This document shows, piece by piece, positions 9,706 to 18,340 of a DNA stretch of 64,000 nt. The notes under the pieces were generated by a model, which had not been told where the DNA came from, did not search any database, and saw nothing but the letters and a program-made list of their open reading frames with translations. Made by a program: the position numbers and the translations under genes. The stretch lies in NCBI GenBank assembly GCA_026395055.1, contig JAPLZK010000003.1:99855-163854 (forward strand), in the 5' to 3' direction. Positions within the stretch are counted from its first letter, which is position 1. Each line of letters begins with the position of its first letter. The DNA comes from Candidatus Uhrbacteria bacterium (GTDB lineage: Bacteria > Patescibacteriota > Patescibacteriia > UBA9934 > GWF2-40-263).

Positions 9706-11535
9706 TTGCGGTATGATGTCGCAACAAAACCTATGGCTGTTCCGCTCCTCGAGGTGAACCACCTCAACAAATCTTACGGAAAACAAATCGTCGTAAAAGA
9801 CGTCTCTTTTGTGGTAACAGAAGGCCAAAAGATCGCTCTGATTGGACGAAACGGTTCTGGGAAGACAACGCTCATGAATATGCTTACGGGCGCAGAAGAG
9901 CGAGATTCTGGTGATTTCAAAGTATTCGATCGTACACGCGTCGGCGTTATCCGTCAGCATGAAGTGTTGCCAAGCGACGTCTCGGTCGCGATGTTTCTTG
10001 AACAACGAACCGGCAAGCCTGTTTGGACGATCGCGAAACTTGCATCCGAGTTCGGATTGCACACGGATCATCTCGAGAAAACAGCAGCGCAACTCTCGGG
10101 TGGTTATCAAATGCGTGTGAAGATTGTGGCCATGCTTCTTGAAGAACCAAACCTGCTTCTTCTCGACGAACCAGTGAACTATCTCGACTTGAATACGTTG
10201 CTTCTCCTCGAGCACTTCTTGAAATCGTATAAAGGAAGTTTCATTCTCGTCGCTCACGACCGCGAGTTCCTTGAAAACACCTGTACAACAACGTTCGAGC
10301 TAGAACGTGGCGAACTTACAACATACTCGGGGACGGTCGAGAATTATTTGGTGTTCAAGGAAGAGCAGCGGGAATATGCGCTCAGAACAAACAAGAAGCT
10401 TGCGCGCGAGATTGAACATCACCAAGAGTTCGTTGATCGATTTGGTGCGAAAGCAACAATGGCGTCACGCGCACAAAGCAAATCAAAGCACATTGCAAAA
10501 CTGCGAAAGAAAATTGCGGGTGTACATGCAGATCTTGCAACAACAAAGATTAAAATTTCTTGCCCAATGGTTCCGCCAGGAACGGCTGTGTATGCAGAGG
10601 AGGTTTCGGTTGGATATGGCGAGAAAGTGATCGTCGACAAAATCAATTTCCACATCAATCGTGGAGACAAGGTTGTGATTGCCGGAGAGAACGGTCAGGG
10701 AAAGACGACATTGTTGAAGACGCTCGCAGGAATTCTCGAGCCGCTTTCGGGAAAGTTAAAGTGGTGGCATCACGCGGACATTGGTTACTACGATCAGAAA
10801 GTAGACGCGACATTAATCGCAAACGAGACGGTCTTGAATTACTTGATGCGCATGGCGCCGCATATCTCGAGCGGCGAACGCATTCTCATGATGGCGGGAA
10901 ACTTTTTGTTTCGCGATGACGATCTCGAAAAGCCTACGAGCGTATTATCGGGAGGCGAACGTGCACGATTGTGTCTCGCGGGTATTTTGCTCCACGAACA
11001 TTCCGTGCTGCTTCTCGATGAGCCTACAAACCATTTAGATGTTGAAACGGCCGAAGCTCTTGCGATCGCTCTGAAACACTATGAAGGAACCGTCATCTTT
11101 GTTTCTCACGCTCGTACGTTCGTAAACGCGCTTTGCGATAAGGTTCTCGAAATCCGATTCGGTACGCTCAGAAACTATCCTGGACCGTATGAGGAGTATG
11201 TAGCGGATCTGGCTGAGTTGATGGCGATGGAAGCGGGTGACTCAAGAACCCCCTCCTTCGTCAAGGAGGGGGCAGGGGGTGGTCGTGCGCAGGAACGTAT
11301 CGAGAAGGCGGAGGCTCGCGCAAAGCTCAAAGAACTCCAGCGTGCTGTCGAGCGTCTCGAAAAGCTCATGAAAGTCCTGGACCGTGAGCGCAGTGAGATT
11401 CTCCAGTTCTATTTCGACAATCCAACCGAGTACGCGCCAGAAAAGGCAACGCGCCTTGGTGAACTTGATGAAGAGTACAAACAAAAAGAAGATGAGTGGT
11501 TCAAATTACAGGAACAGATTGAGGGGTTGTCATAA
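9706..11535 (+). CDS. ABC-F family ATPase (two ABC domains, C-terminal coiled coil)
   Basis: two Walker A (GRNGSGKTT, GENGQGKTT), two LSGG signatures, no TM domain; alternative start Met10 at 9733. Confidence 0.85.
   Translation: MRYDVATKPMAVPLLEVNHLNKSYGKQIVVKDVSFVVTEGQKIALIGRNGSGKTTLMNMLTGAEERDSGDFKVFDRTRVGVIRQHEVLPSDVSVAMFLEQRTGKPVWTIAKLASEFGLHTDHLEKTAAQLSGGYQMRVKIVAMLLEEPNLLLLDEPVNYLDLNTLLLLEHFLKSYKGSFILVAHDREFLENTCTTTFELERGELTTYSGTVENYLVFKEEQREYALRTNKKLAREIEHHQEFVDRFGAKATMASRAQSKSKHIAKLRKKIAGVHADLATTKIKISCPMVPPGTAVYAEEVSVGYGEKVIVDKINFHINRGDKVVIAGENGQGKTTLLKTLAGILEPLSGKLKWWHHADIGYYDQKVDATLIANETVLNYLMRMAPHISSGERILMMAGNFLFRDDDLEKPTSVLSGGERARLCLAGILLHEHSVLLLDEPTNHLDVETAEALAIALKHYEGTVIFVSHARTFVNALCDKVLEIRFGTLRNYPGPYEEYVADLAELMAMEAGDSRTPSFVKEGAGGGRAQERIEKAEARAKLKELQRAVERLEKLMKVLDRERSEILQFYFDNPTEYAPEKATRLGELDEEYKQKEDEWFKLQEQIEGLS
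11249..11272. repeat. GC-rich palindromic element CCCCCTCCTT-CGTC-AAGGAGGGGG, in frame inside ABC-F CDS
   Basis: perfect 10-bp inverted arms; encodes ...PSFVKEGAGGG...; near-identical copy at 34286. Confidence 0.5.
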
Positions 11536-11591
11536 ACCGCTCTTTTTGTTAGGGTCACTTTCGCAAACGCGTGTTTGCTTTGGGGTTTGAA

Positions 11592-12299
11592 ATGCAGAAA
11601 CGTATCGTTCTTGCTGCGGATGAGTTGTCTGTCGAACAATTGTTGCCGTTGTTGAAGCGTGTTGCTTCGCGACTGTACGCTGTGAAGATTCATGATTTGT
11701 ACGATGAACATGGTCCGCAGATCGTTGGTTGGCTCAAGAACTATGACGTGAAAGTTTGGGTGGATGCAAAGTTGCACGACATTCCAGCTACGGTTGCACG
11801 TCGAGCGACTGCATTCAAGAAAGCAGGTGCGGATATTCTCAGTGTGCATGCGTCGGGTCATGTTGACATGATGATGGAGGCGGTCGCATTTGGGCCGGAA
11901 GAAATCTTTGCCATCACCGTCCTGACTTCGTTGAATGAAACAAAGACGAAATCTGTTTATGCACGCAGTGTGCAGGAAACGGTTTCAGATCTCGCACAAA
12001 TGGCCGGATTTTTCAACGGGATCAAGGGGATCGTTTGTTCCCCAAATGAACTTGCGTATCTCAAAGGTCATGAGGATCTGGATCCGCACATGAAATTTGT
12101 CACGCCCGGCATTCGTTCGCTTGGAAAAGACGCACACGATCAACAGCGTATTGCAACGCCAGGTCAAGCGATTCTGAATGGCTCGTCACTTCTCGTGATT
12201 GGTCGTCAGATCACGCAGTCGAAGGATCCGTTGCATGAGATCGAACTTATCGAAGCGGAAATTGAACAAGCTCTTCTTCAAAAAGGAGTGTGGTCATGA
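11592..12299 (+). CDS. pyrF: orotidine 5'-phosphate decarboxylase
   Basis: ORF 11571 trimmed to MQKRIVLAAD; DAKLHDIPATV and VTPGIR motifs. Confidence 0.8.
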   Translation: MQKRIVLAADELSVEQLLPLLKRVASRLYAVKIHDLYDEHGPQIVGWLKNYDVKVWVDAKLHDIPATVARRATAFKKAGADILSVHASGHVDMMMEAVAFGPEEIFAITVLTSLNETKTKSVYARSVQETVSDLAQMAGFFNGIKGIVCSPNELAYLKGHEDLDPHMKFVTPGIRSLGKDAHDQQRIATPGQAILNGSSLLVIGRQITQSKDPLHEIELIEAEIEQALLQKGVWS

Positions 12300-13072
12300 C
12301 GATCATGCAACACATGCCAATTCTTGAGGCAGATCTCAACTATTTGCGTAAGATCCGGTTTGTAGAGTTTCCAACAAGTCCGAATCGTCATCGATCCATC
12401 ACAGATGAAGAATTTGATCACATTTTCCGAACATGTGACGCGCTCTGGCTGCATTCGGGCGATCCGAAAGATCCGCATGCGGAACTGACGTCCGGAAAAT
12501 GTTCGAATGGATTCGTGGATACATTGCGCGTGCTTCGGTACACAGCTCTTTGCAAACTCATGGCAGAGCAGCTCAAGCGTCGCATGATTCAGGAAATGGC
12601 AAAGATTGCTCCGCCAAGTTTCCTGGATCTCAAATCGGATTTCACGTTTGATTGGGCAATCGGCTCAGATCATGCGAGCGCCGTCTTCGCATACGAGATT
12701 GTTCGAAATTGGGAATGCCAATACGACTTTACGGAAAAGGGTGATGGCAAAACGCAAGTGTGGCAACGGTTTCTCATTCAGCCGAACGAAGTCGTTTTGC
12801 AGATTGAGGAACTCGTGACGACCTTGAAGACACTTACGGAAGTGCGCAAAGGTATTCGTGCCGGAACGCCGACTCCCGTGAAATTCGCTCCGTTCGTCTT
12901 TGCGCTCGTGCATCGATCACACGAATACGAATTCGAGGGAACGCCGATTCATTACGTCCGCCACTACGACATCAACTCGTGGGACCAAAAGGATTGTCCG
13001 CTCTGCGCAGCTGGTTCAGAGCGCATCAAGCCGAAGGCAAACTGGGCTAAGCTCACAGGCAAAGCCAAGTAA
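12290..13072 (+). CDS. phosphoribosyltransferase-like protein resembling Thermus-type orotate phosphoribosyltransferase (PyrE) with degenerate PRPP motif
   Basis: LHSGDPKDPHAELTSGKCSNGFVD N-terminal motif, IEELVTTLKT in place of VEDVVTTGES, C-terminal CPLC; follows pyrF. Confidence 0.45.
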   Translation: MVMTIMQHMPILEADLNYLRKIRFVEFPTSPNRHRSITDEEFDHIFRTCDALWLHSGDPKDPHAELTSGKCSNGFVDTLRVLRYTALCKLMAEQLKRRMIQEMAKIAPPSFLDLKSDFTFDWAIGSDHASAVFAYEIVRNWECQYDFTEKGDGKTQVWQRFLIQPNEVVLQIEELVTTLKTLTEVRKGIRAGTPTPVKFAPFVFALVHRSHEYEFEGTPIHYVRHYDINSWDQKDCPLCAAGSERIKPKANWAKLTGKAK

Positions 13073-13076
13073 TCTT

Positions 13077-13103
13077 ACAGACACTTCACGTGTCTGTTTT
13101 TTG
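13077..13103 (+). terminator. intrinsic terminator after pyrE-like gene
   Basis: ACAGACAC-TTCAC-GTGTCTGT followed by TTTTTTGTTTT. Confidence 0.55.
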
Positions 13104-13124
13104 TTTTCTGTTTCTGTTACGATG

Positions 13125-13152
13125 GCGCATGGACGGACAGGTCGCGACCTGT
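13125..13152 (+). promoter_or_regulatory. conserved 5'-UTR stem-loop GGACAGGTCGCGACCTGTCC + CTACAGAC immediately upstream of rluB start
   Basis: perfect 20-nt palindrome; near-identical element upstream of ABC-F gene at 19817..19848 (minus strand); preceded by TGTTACGAT extended -10 at ~13107. Confidence 0.45.
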
Positions 13153-13165
13153 CCCTACAGACGTT

Positions 13166-13909
13166 ATGAAAACACGCATCAATAAATACCTCGCTGACCG
13201 CGGGGTCTGCTCACGCCGCAAAGCCGATGATCTTATTTCATCTGGCAAGGTTGTTGTAAACGGAACGGTTGCTGAACTTGGATTGAAAGTAGACGATTCA
13301 GATGATGTTGTGGTAAACGGCAGCAAACTCATCGTCGACAAGCCAAAAGAAGTTTATCTTGCGTATAACAAGCCGGTTGGGATTATCACATCTGTTGATC
13401 CGAATGCGCATGATAACGTCATTCAACAAATCAATTATCCAGAGCGCGTCTTTCCGATTGGACGACTCGACGTTGCATCTTGTGGACTTTTGTTGCTCAC
13501 AAACGACGGCCGTCTCTCTGAGCGCATCACACATCCGCGCTATGATCACGATAAGGAATATGTCGTCACAGTCGATAAGCTAATTGCGGATAAGGATCTT
13601 GAAACCATGCGACGCGGACTTGTGATCCTCGGCTCCATGACAAAGCCTGCGATCGTTACGCGATCTTCGGACGATACGTTTCACATCACGCTCACAGAAG
13701 GACGTAATCGTCAGATTCGCCGTATGTGTGAAGAGCTTGGTTATGATGTTCGAAAGCTGATGCGTATTCGTGTGATGAACATCGAACTTGGCAATCTCAT
13801 CGTCGGACAGTATCGAGAACTCACGAACACAGAAGTTGCTCAACTGAAAAAGAGTGTAAACATGGATAAGCCTCTTGAAGAATCCGAGAAAAGAATTTCA
13901 TTTGAATAA
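13166..13909 (+). CDS. rluB: 23S rRNA pseudouridine synthase, RsuA/RluB family
   Basis: N-terminal S4 domain, catalytic FPIGRLDVASCGLLLLTNDG. Confidence 0.8.
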   Translation: MKTRINKYLADRGVCSRRKADDLISSGKVVVNGTVAELGLKVDDSDDVVVNGSKLIVDKPKEVYLAYNKPVGIITSVDPNAHDNVIQQINYPERVFPIGRLDVASCGLLLLTNDGRLSERITHPRYDHDKEYVVTVDKLIADKDLETMRRGLVILGSMTKPAIVTRSSDDTFHITLTEGRNRQIRRMCEELGYDVRKLMRIRVMNIELGNLIVGQYRELTNTEVAQLKKSVNMDKPLEESEKRISFE

Positions 13910-13918
13910 AATTTTTCT

Positions 13919-15364
13919 ATGCGCTTCCTTCATCCTTCTGACGCAGAAAAAGAGCTGACGTATCAAGATGTCTTTCTCATGCCGCAATATTCGGATGTTG
14001 TTTCGCGCATGAACGTCGATCTTTCACCACAGGACGGAACGGGAATGACATTACCGATCATTGTTTCGAACATGACGGCGGTTGCAGGAAAGCGTATGTC
14101 TGAAGCGGTGACGCGCAGAGGTGGACTTGTAGTGCTTACACAGGATATGTCGCTTGAGCGTATTGAGGAGATTGTAAAGGCAACCAAAGTTTGCCATCCT
14201 GTTTTTGAAACGCCGATTGTTCTCGACGAACAGGAGTCTGTGCAAACCGCACTCAACTTGATTAACAAACGCGCTCATCGCGCGGTGATTATTGTTGATA
14301 AACAAAATAAGCCTGTAGGAATTTTTACGGAAAAGGACGCGTATCGCCGCGATCGCTATAATCGATTGGTGGATGCGATGACGCGTGATCTGATTACCGT
14401 GCCAAGTTCCATGTCCCCAAAAGAAATTTTTAAAACCTTACATGATCGCAGGCTTTCAATCGTTCCAGTAGTGAATCTCGACGGAAGTCTCGCGGGAGTC
14501 ATGACAAAGAAAGGGTGCGTTCGTGCCGTGCAATACAAACCCGCTTTGAACGCAAGTGGTCACTTGCTTACAGCTGTGGCAGTTCGAATTAGATCAGGTC
14601 TCGACGAAACACTTGATCGACTCAATCAGATTGGCGTAGATATGATCGTTCTCGACACAGCACACGGACATCAGAAGATGATGATTGATGCGGTAAAGAA
14701 GGCTCGATCACTGGTCGGTTCTTCAAAACCTATTATGGCCGGCAATATCGTTGGCGAAGCAGCGGCAAAGGATTTGATTGATGCGGGTGCAACACATTTA
14801 AAAGTGGGAGTTGGCCCGGGGGGTGCGTGTAAAACACGTATGACCACCGGAGTTGGACGTCCACAGTTCTCGGCGGTGTCCGAAGTAGCAAAGTATGCGC
14901 GTGCACATGGTGCATATGTTTGCGCAGACGGTGGCGTAAAGCATCCTCGTGATGTTGCGCTCGCACTTGCGGCCGGCGCACACTCGGTCATGATCGGAAC
15001 TTGGTTCGCGGGAACGTACGAGAGTCCAGCCGATGTTCAGTTCGACGAGAGCGGAAGAATGTATAAAGAACAATTCGGAATGGCATCTCGACGAGCTGTA
15101 ACAAATCGCACTGAGAATACGGATCCATTTGAACAGGCGCAAAAAGAATTTTTTGAAGAAGGAGTGAGTCAGACTCGGATGTATTTGAATCTCGGTCAGG
15201 AAAGCGTTGAAGATATTATCGACGAGATTACTGCGGGAGTTCGCAGTGCATGCACCTACTCGGGCGCGCGTACGCTCGATGAGTTTCACGACAAAGCAAT
15301 CATTGGAGTGCAGACCGCGTCAGGGTATGAAGAAGGGAAGCCGGTAACAAAAAGCTGGACGTAA
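13919..15364 (+). CDS. guaB: IMP dehydrogenase family protein with CBS pair
   Basis: TIM-barrel motifs, CBS domains, catalytic-loop GVGPGGACKTR, GGVKHPRDVALALAAGA. Confidence 0.75.
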   Translation: MRFLHPSDAEKELTYQDVFLMPQYSDVVSRMNVDLSPQDGTGMTLPIIVSNMTAVAGKRMSEAVTRRGGLVVLTQDMSLERIEEIVKATKVCHPVFETPIVLDEQESVQTALNLINKRAHRAVIIVDKQNKPVGIFTEKDAYRRDRYNRLVDAMTRDLITVPSSMSPKEIFKTLHDRRLSIVPVVNLDGSLAGVMTKKGCVRAVQYKPALNASGHLLTAVAVRIRSGLDETLDRLNQIGVDMIVLDTAHGHQKMMIDAVKKARSLVGSSKPIMAGNIVGEAAAKDLIDAGATHLKVGVGPGGACKTRMTTGVGRPQFSAVSEVAKYARAHGAYVCADGGVKHPRDVALALAAGAHSVMIGTWFAGTYESPADVQFDESGRMYKEQFGMASRRAVTNRTENTDPFEQAQKEFFEEGVSQTRMYLNLGQESVEDIIDEITAGVRSACTYSGARTLDEFHDKAIIGVQTASGYEEGKPVTKSWT

Positions 15365-15379
15365 TGTCCAGCTTTTTTG
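15353..15379 (+). terminator. intrinsic terminator of guaB (stop codon in loop)
   Basis: AGCTGGAC-GTAAT-GTCCAGCT followed by TTTTTTG. Confidence 0.55.
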
Positions 15380-15381
15380 TT

Positions 15382-15403
15382 CCACTCCTTCACAAGGAGT
15401 GGG
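15382..15403. repeat. palindromic element CCACTCCTT-CACA-AGGAGTGG, intergenic relative of the CTCCTT-N4-AAGGAG family
   Basis: 9-bp perfect arms, same core as elements at 11249 and 34286. Confidence 0.4.
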
Positions 15404-15419
15404 TTAGGAGGTGGTCGCA

Positions 15420-15932
15420 TCACTTCACCTCGAGAATCGTATAAATCAATTCGTCTCCATGCGTCACAACCGAAATCGTTTCGCCGGCTGTGTGGCCAAT
15501 GAGGTGCGAGCCGAGTGGGGAGAGGTGTGAGATTCTTCCGCGCACCGGGTTTGCCTCTTGTGGCCCCACGATCTCAAACGTAAGTGTGTGATCATTCATG
15601 TTCAGCACAACCGTTGATCCGAGTTGAATACGATCTTTATCGTTTTCATCTTTTTCAATCACGACAACGTTTTTCAATTTCTCTTTAATGATGGTCATGC
15701 GCGACGCCAGGTTGCGCATGCGGTGTTTTGCTTCTTGATATTCGGCATTTTCCGAAAAGTCCCCGAGTTCACCCGTTGTCTGTGTGTCTTTTACCGCCTG
15801 TTTGTGTTGAATTTCAAAATCAATCAACTGATGGTTGAGTTTCTCAAGTCCAGCTTTTGTGAGGTAAACAGGCCCGTCATCGCCCTTAAGCTGATTGTTA
15901 TCGAGTTCTTTTTGTCGGGTTGGGAGACGCAT
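15420..15932 (-). CDS. greA: transcription elongation factor GreA
   Basis: GDFSENAEY motif, C-terminal FKBP-like ISHLSPLGSHLIGHTAGE. Confidence 0.85.
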   Translation of the reverse strand: MRLPTRQKELDNNQLKGDDGPVYLTKAGLEKLNHQLIDFEIQHKQAVKDTQTTGELGDFSENAEYQEAKHRMRNLASRMTIIKEKLKNVVVIEKDENDKDRIQLGSTVVLNMNDHTLTFEIVGPQEANPVRGRISHLSPLGSHLIGHTAGETISVVTHGDELIYTILEVK

Positions 15933-15982
15933 ATGCGGGAAGTATAGCAGGGGAACGGGGTTCGGGGCTAGGGATTAGGAAT

Positions 15983-16005
15983 AAAAAAAGACCCAAGATG
16001 GGTCT
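15983..16005 (-). terminator. intrinsic terminator after acidic-protein gene (minus strand)
   Basis: AGACCCA-AGA-TGGGTCT hairpin overlapping stop, A7 on + side = T-run on minus. Confidence 0.45.
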
Positions 16006-16846
16006 AGACGGGAAGGTTGGCGATGAGAGGCTTCGGAGGATCCTCGTAGCTGGGTTTGGCCCAGGTGTCGAAGACGTAGAAGAAGTCTTCTTCCTTATCT
16101 TCTCCATTTGGGGTGAAACTTGCCGGGAAGACCATGATGAAGATGTCTGAACCTTTGCAGTGCTCAGCGCAGTCATAATCACAGCGAGGGAAGTCTGAGA
16201 TGTAAAAACGGACGTTGTTGCCAAATGCGGCAATGATTTTTGCTACGCGTTCGAGAACACGTGTAGGAACAGGTTCGTCGTATAGTCGGCTGCTCCAGTC
16301 ATTTGAATCGTAATCGTCGTTGCCCCATTCTTGTTCGTTCATTCGATCGAAACTACGCAGTGGGCGCCAGTACCAACCGGATGAATCATCGAAGTACATG
16401 TTTTCCGTCAGCCAATCAATGACGTCCTTGCTTTCCGCGACCCCGATTTGTTCTTGGTTGAAGTAATTGACGAGTTTCGGGTATACCTGTTCAGGCGTAG
16501 CGCAACCAATCGACATCGCGAGGGCGGTGTTTGCTTCCGTTCCTGGAACGGTGACATTTTTGACTGGAACAGTAAATTTGGGAAAAGGCAAATTGTCTTC
16601 CACCGTTTCTTCTTCCTCCTCCTCTTCGTCATCGTCGACATTCTCTTCGTCTTCATCCGTTTCTGGCTCATCATCGTCCACAGCGTCTCGAATCGTGGCG
16701 ACGGATTGAACGCGTGGAATTGGATGATGGACAGGTTCGGTGTGTTGAGTCGTGCTTGGTGCCCGCAGTGCGGACGTTGGTTGATACGCCTCGAGTTGCA
16801 GTGGTGCTTTTCGATTATCTCCCCAGGTCCAGAATCTCCAATTCAT
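16004..16846 (-). CDS. hypothetical acidic protein with poly-Asp/Glu tract
   Basis: 280 aa; DDDEPETDEDEENVDDDEEEEEEETVED run then a Trp/Tyr/Asp-rich C-terminal region; no recognised domain. Confidence 0.45.
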   Translation of the reverse strand: MNWRFWTWGDNRKAPLQLEAYQPTSALRAPSTTQHTEPVHHPIPRVQSVATIRDAVDDDEPETDEDEENVDDDEEEEEEETVEDNLPFPKFTVPVKNVTVPGTEANTALAMSIGCATPEQVYPKLVNYFNQEQIGVAESKDVIDWLTENMYFDDSSGWYWRPLRSFDRMNEQEWGNDDYDSNDWSSRLYDEPVPTRVLERVAKIIAAFGNNVRFYISDFPRCDYDCAEHCKGSDIFIMVFPASFTPNGEDKEEDFFYVFDTWAKPSYEDPPKPLIANLPV

Positions 16847-16952
16847 CGTTTCCTCCTCTTGGATGGTTGTTCCAAGAAAAGGATTCTAAGCGAAAATAGC
16901 GAAAATGTCAATATTCGTCCCCAAACAACCCTTGACAGATTTTCTGGAACCA

Positions 16953-16981
16953 TTGACAAATTTCGGTATTTGGTGTATAGT
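16953..16981 (+). promoter_or_regulatory. sigma70-like promoter of csp (TTGACA-17-TGTATAGT)
   Basis: consensus -35, 17-bp spacer, TG-extended -10; leaves ~80-nt 5' UTR typical of cold-shock genes. Confidence 0.5.
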
Positions 16982-17060
16982 GCAGCCAAGCAAAAGTAAG
17001 CCACACAAACGCGGAGATTCGTCGAATTTCGCAAAGCGGCCATATTTGCGGATAAATAAC

Positions 17061-17273
17061 ATGATGTCAAACATTATGATGGGAACCATCAAAACAATGA
17101 CAGAAAAGGGATTTGGATTCATCACACCAGACGATGGTGGTAAGGATCTTTTCTTTCACTCTTCTGCATTAGTTGACGTTCAATACAATGATCTCTCTGT
17201 AGGAGACAAAGTTTCTTTCGAAACTGAAGCTTCAGACAAGGGACCACGTGCTGTAAACGTTCAACAAGCGTAA
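17061..17273 (+). CDS. cspA: cold-shock protein CspA family
   Basis: KGFGFI RNP1 motif, FFHSSAL RNP2-like; start could also be 17076/17079. Confidence 0.85.
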   Translation: MMSNIMMGTIKTMTEKGFGFITPDDGGKDLFFHSSALVDVQYNDLSVGDKVSFETEASDKGPRAVNVQQA

Positions 17274-17290
17274 TAGCTTGAAAACAAAAA

Positions 17291-17320
17291 CACCTGATTC
17301 GTCAGGTGTTTTTGTTTTTG
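17291..17320 (+). terminator. intrinsic terminator after csp
   Basis: CACCTGA-TTCG-TCAGGTG followed by TTTTTGTTTTTG. Confidence 0.6.
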
Positions 17321-17335
17321 TTATACTTTACTCAT

Positions 17336-18301
17336 ATGCCTACTCCAACAAAACATTACACTGCAGCCAAAGATGTGTTTTCCTATTTACTCATGATCAT
17401 CATGCTCTATATTGGTGTCATTAGTTTTACCGCCATGATCTGGCAGTACATCAATGTTGGGTTCCCAGACACACTCAATCAAGCGTACGGAGCGTATGAC
17501 ATTATTCGTAACTTCATTTCGTGTCTGGTCATTGTGTGGCCCGTCCTCATTTTGGTTTCCTGGATGATTGGGAAAGATTTACGTAAGGAGAAAGAGAAAC
17601 AAAATATTTGGGTCAGAAAATGGCTCATGTACCTCACACTCTTTATTGCATCCATGACCATTATTATTGATCTTATTACGCTCTTAAATAGTTTTTTGAG
17701 CGGAGAGGTCACAACACGATTTATTTTAAAAACTTTGGTTATCTTGATTGTTGCCGCTTTCGTTTTTGGATATTACCTTTGGGACCTCAGACGTGATGCT
17801 TGGAAAAAAACAACGATTTGTCTCATTGTTGCGATTGCAACAAGCGTTCTCATCATCGGATCAATCATTGGAGGATTTTTCCTTGTTGGTTCTCCTGCAC
17901 ATCAACGCACCATCCGAATGGATAATCAGCGCGTTTCTGATTTACAAAATATCCAATCGCAAGTGATTAACTATTGGACACAAAAAAGTTCCGTTCCAAA
18001 AGTCCTTACAGATCTGCAAGATCCAATTAGTGGATTCATTGTTCCAACGGACCCTGTCACAAAAAATGCGTACACGTATCGCGTCAAAGATGTGCATGCG
18101 TTCGAGCTGTGTGCCACATTCACAGAAGCATCTGTGAATGAAGTGGGCGCTGGTTATACGACACCATCATATCCATCTCGCGCCGGAGCGACAGATGTTT
18201 GGACACATAATAAAGGCGAAGTGTGTTTTGAACGAACCATTGATCCAGAATTATACAAACCAAATTCTCAACCCGTGCCTGCACCTGTCATGATCAAATA
18301 G
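17336..18301 (+). CDS. DUF5671-like membrane protein
   Basis: ORF 17306 trimmed to MPTPTKHY; N-terminal AKDVFSYLLM...YINVGFPDTL pattern and 4 TM helices resemble DUF5671; C-terminal soluble domain. Confidence 0.5.
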   Translation: MPTPTKHYTAAKDVFSYLLMIIMLYIGVISFTAMIWQYINVGFPDTLNQAYGAYDIIRNFISCLVIVWPVLILVSWMIGKDLRKEKEKQNIWVRKWLMYLTLFIASMTIIIDLITLLNSFLSGEVTTRFILKTLVILIVAAFVFGYYLWDLRRDAWKKTTICLIVAIATSVLIIGSIIGGFFLVGSPAHQRTIRMDNQRVSDLQNIQSQVINYWTQKSSVPKVLTDLQDPISGFIVPTDPVTKNAYTYRVKDVHAFELCATFTEASVNEVGAGYTTPSYPSRAGATDVWTHNKGEVCFERTIDPELYKPNSQPVPAPVMIK

Positions 18302-18310
18302 AAATAAAAA

Positions 18311-18340
18311 ATCCTCGAGTTGAACTCGAGGATTTTTTTG
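18311..18340. terminator. bidirectional intrinsic terminator (DUF5671 gene / ABC-F 2)
   Basis: ATCCTCGAG-TTGAA-CTCGAGGAT flanked by A-run and T-run. Confidence 0.6.

Noticed and set aside
9640-10257. 5' two-thirds of the 369-aa minus-strand ORF 9148..10257
   Set aside because: Overlaps the bona fide ABC-F ATPase N-terminal domain (Walker A at ~9840); only the non-overlapping 3' part is kept as a low-confidence gene.
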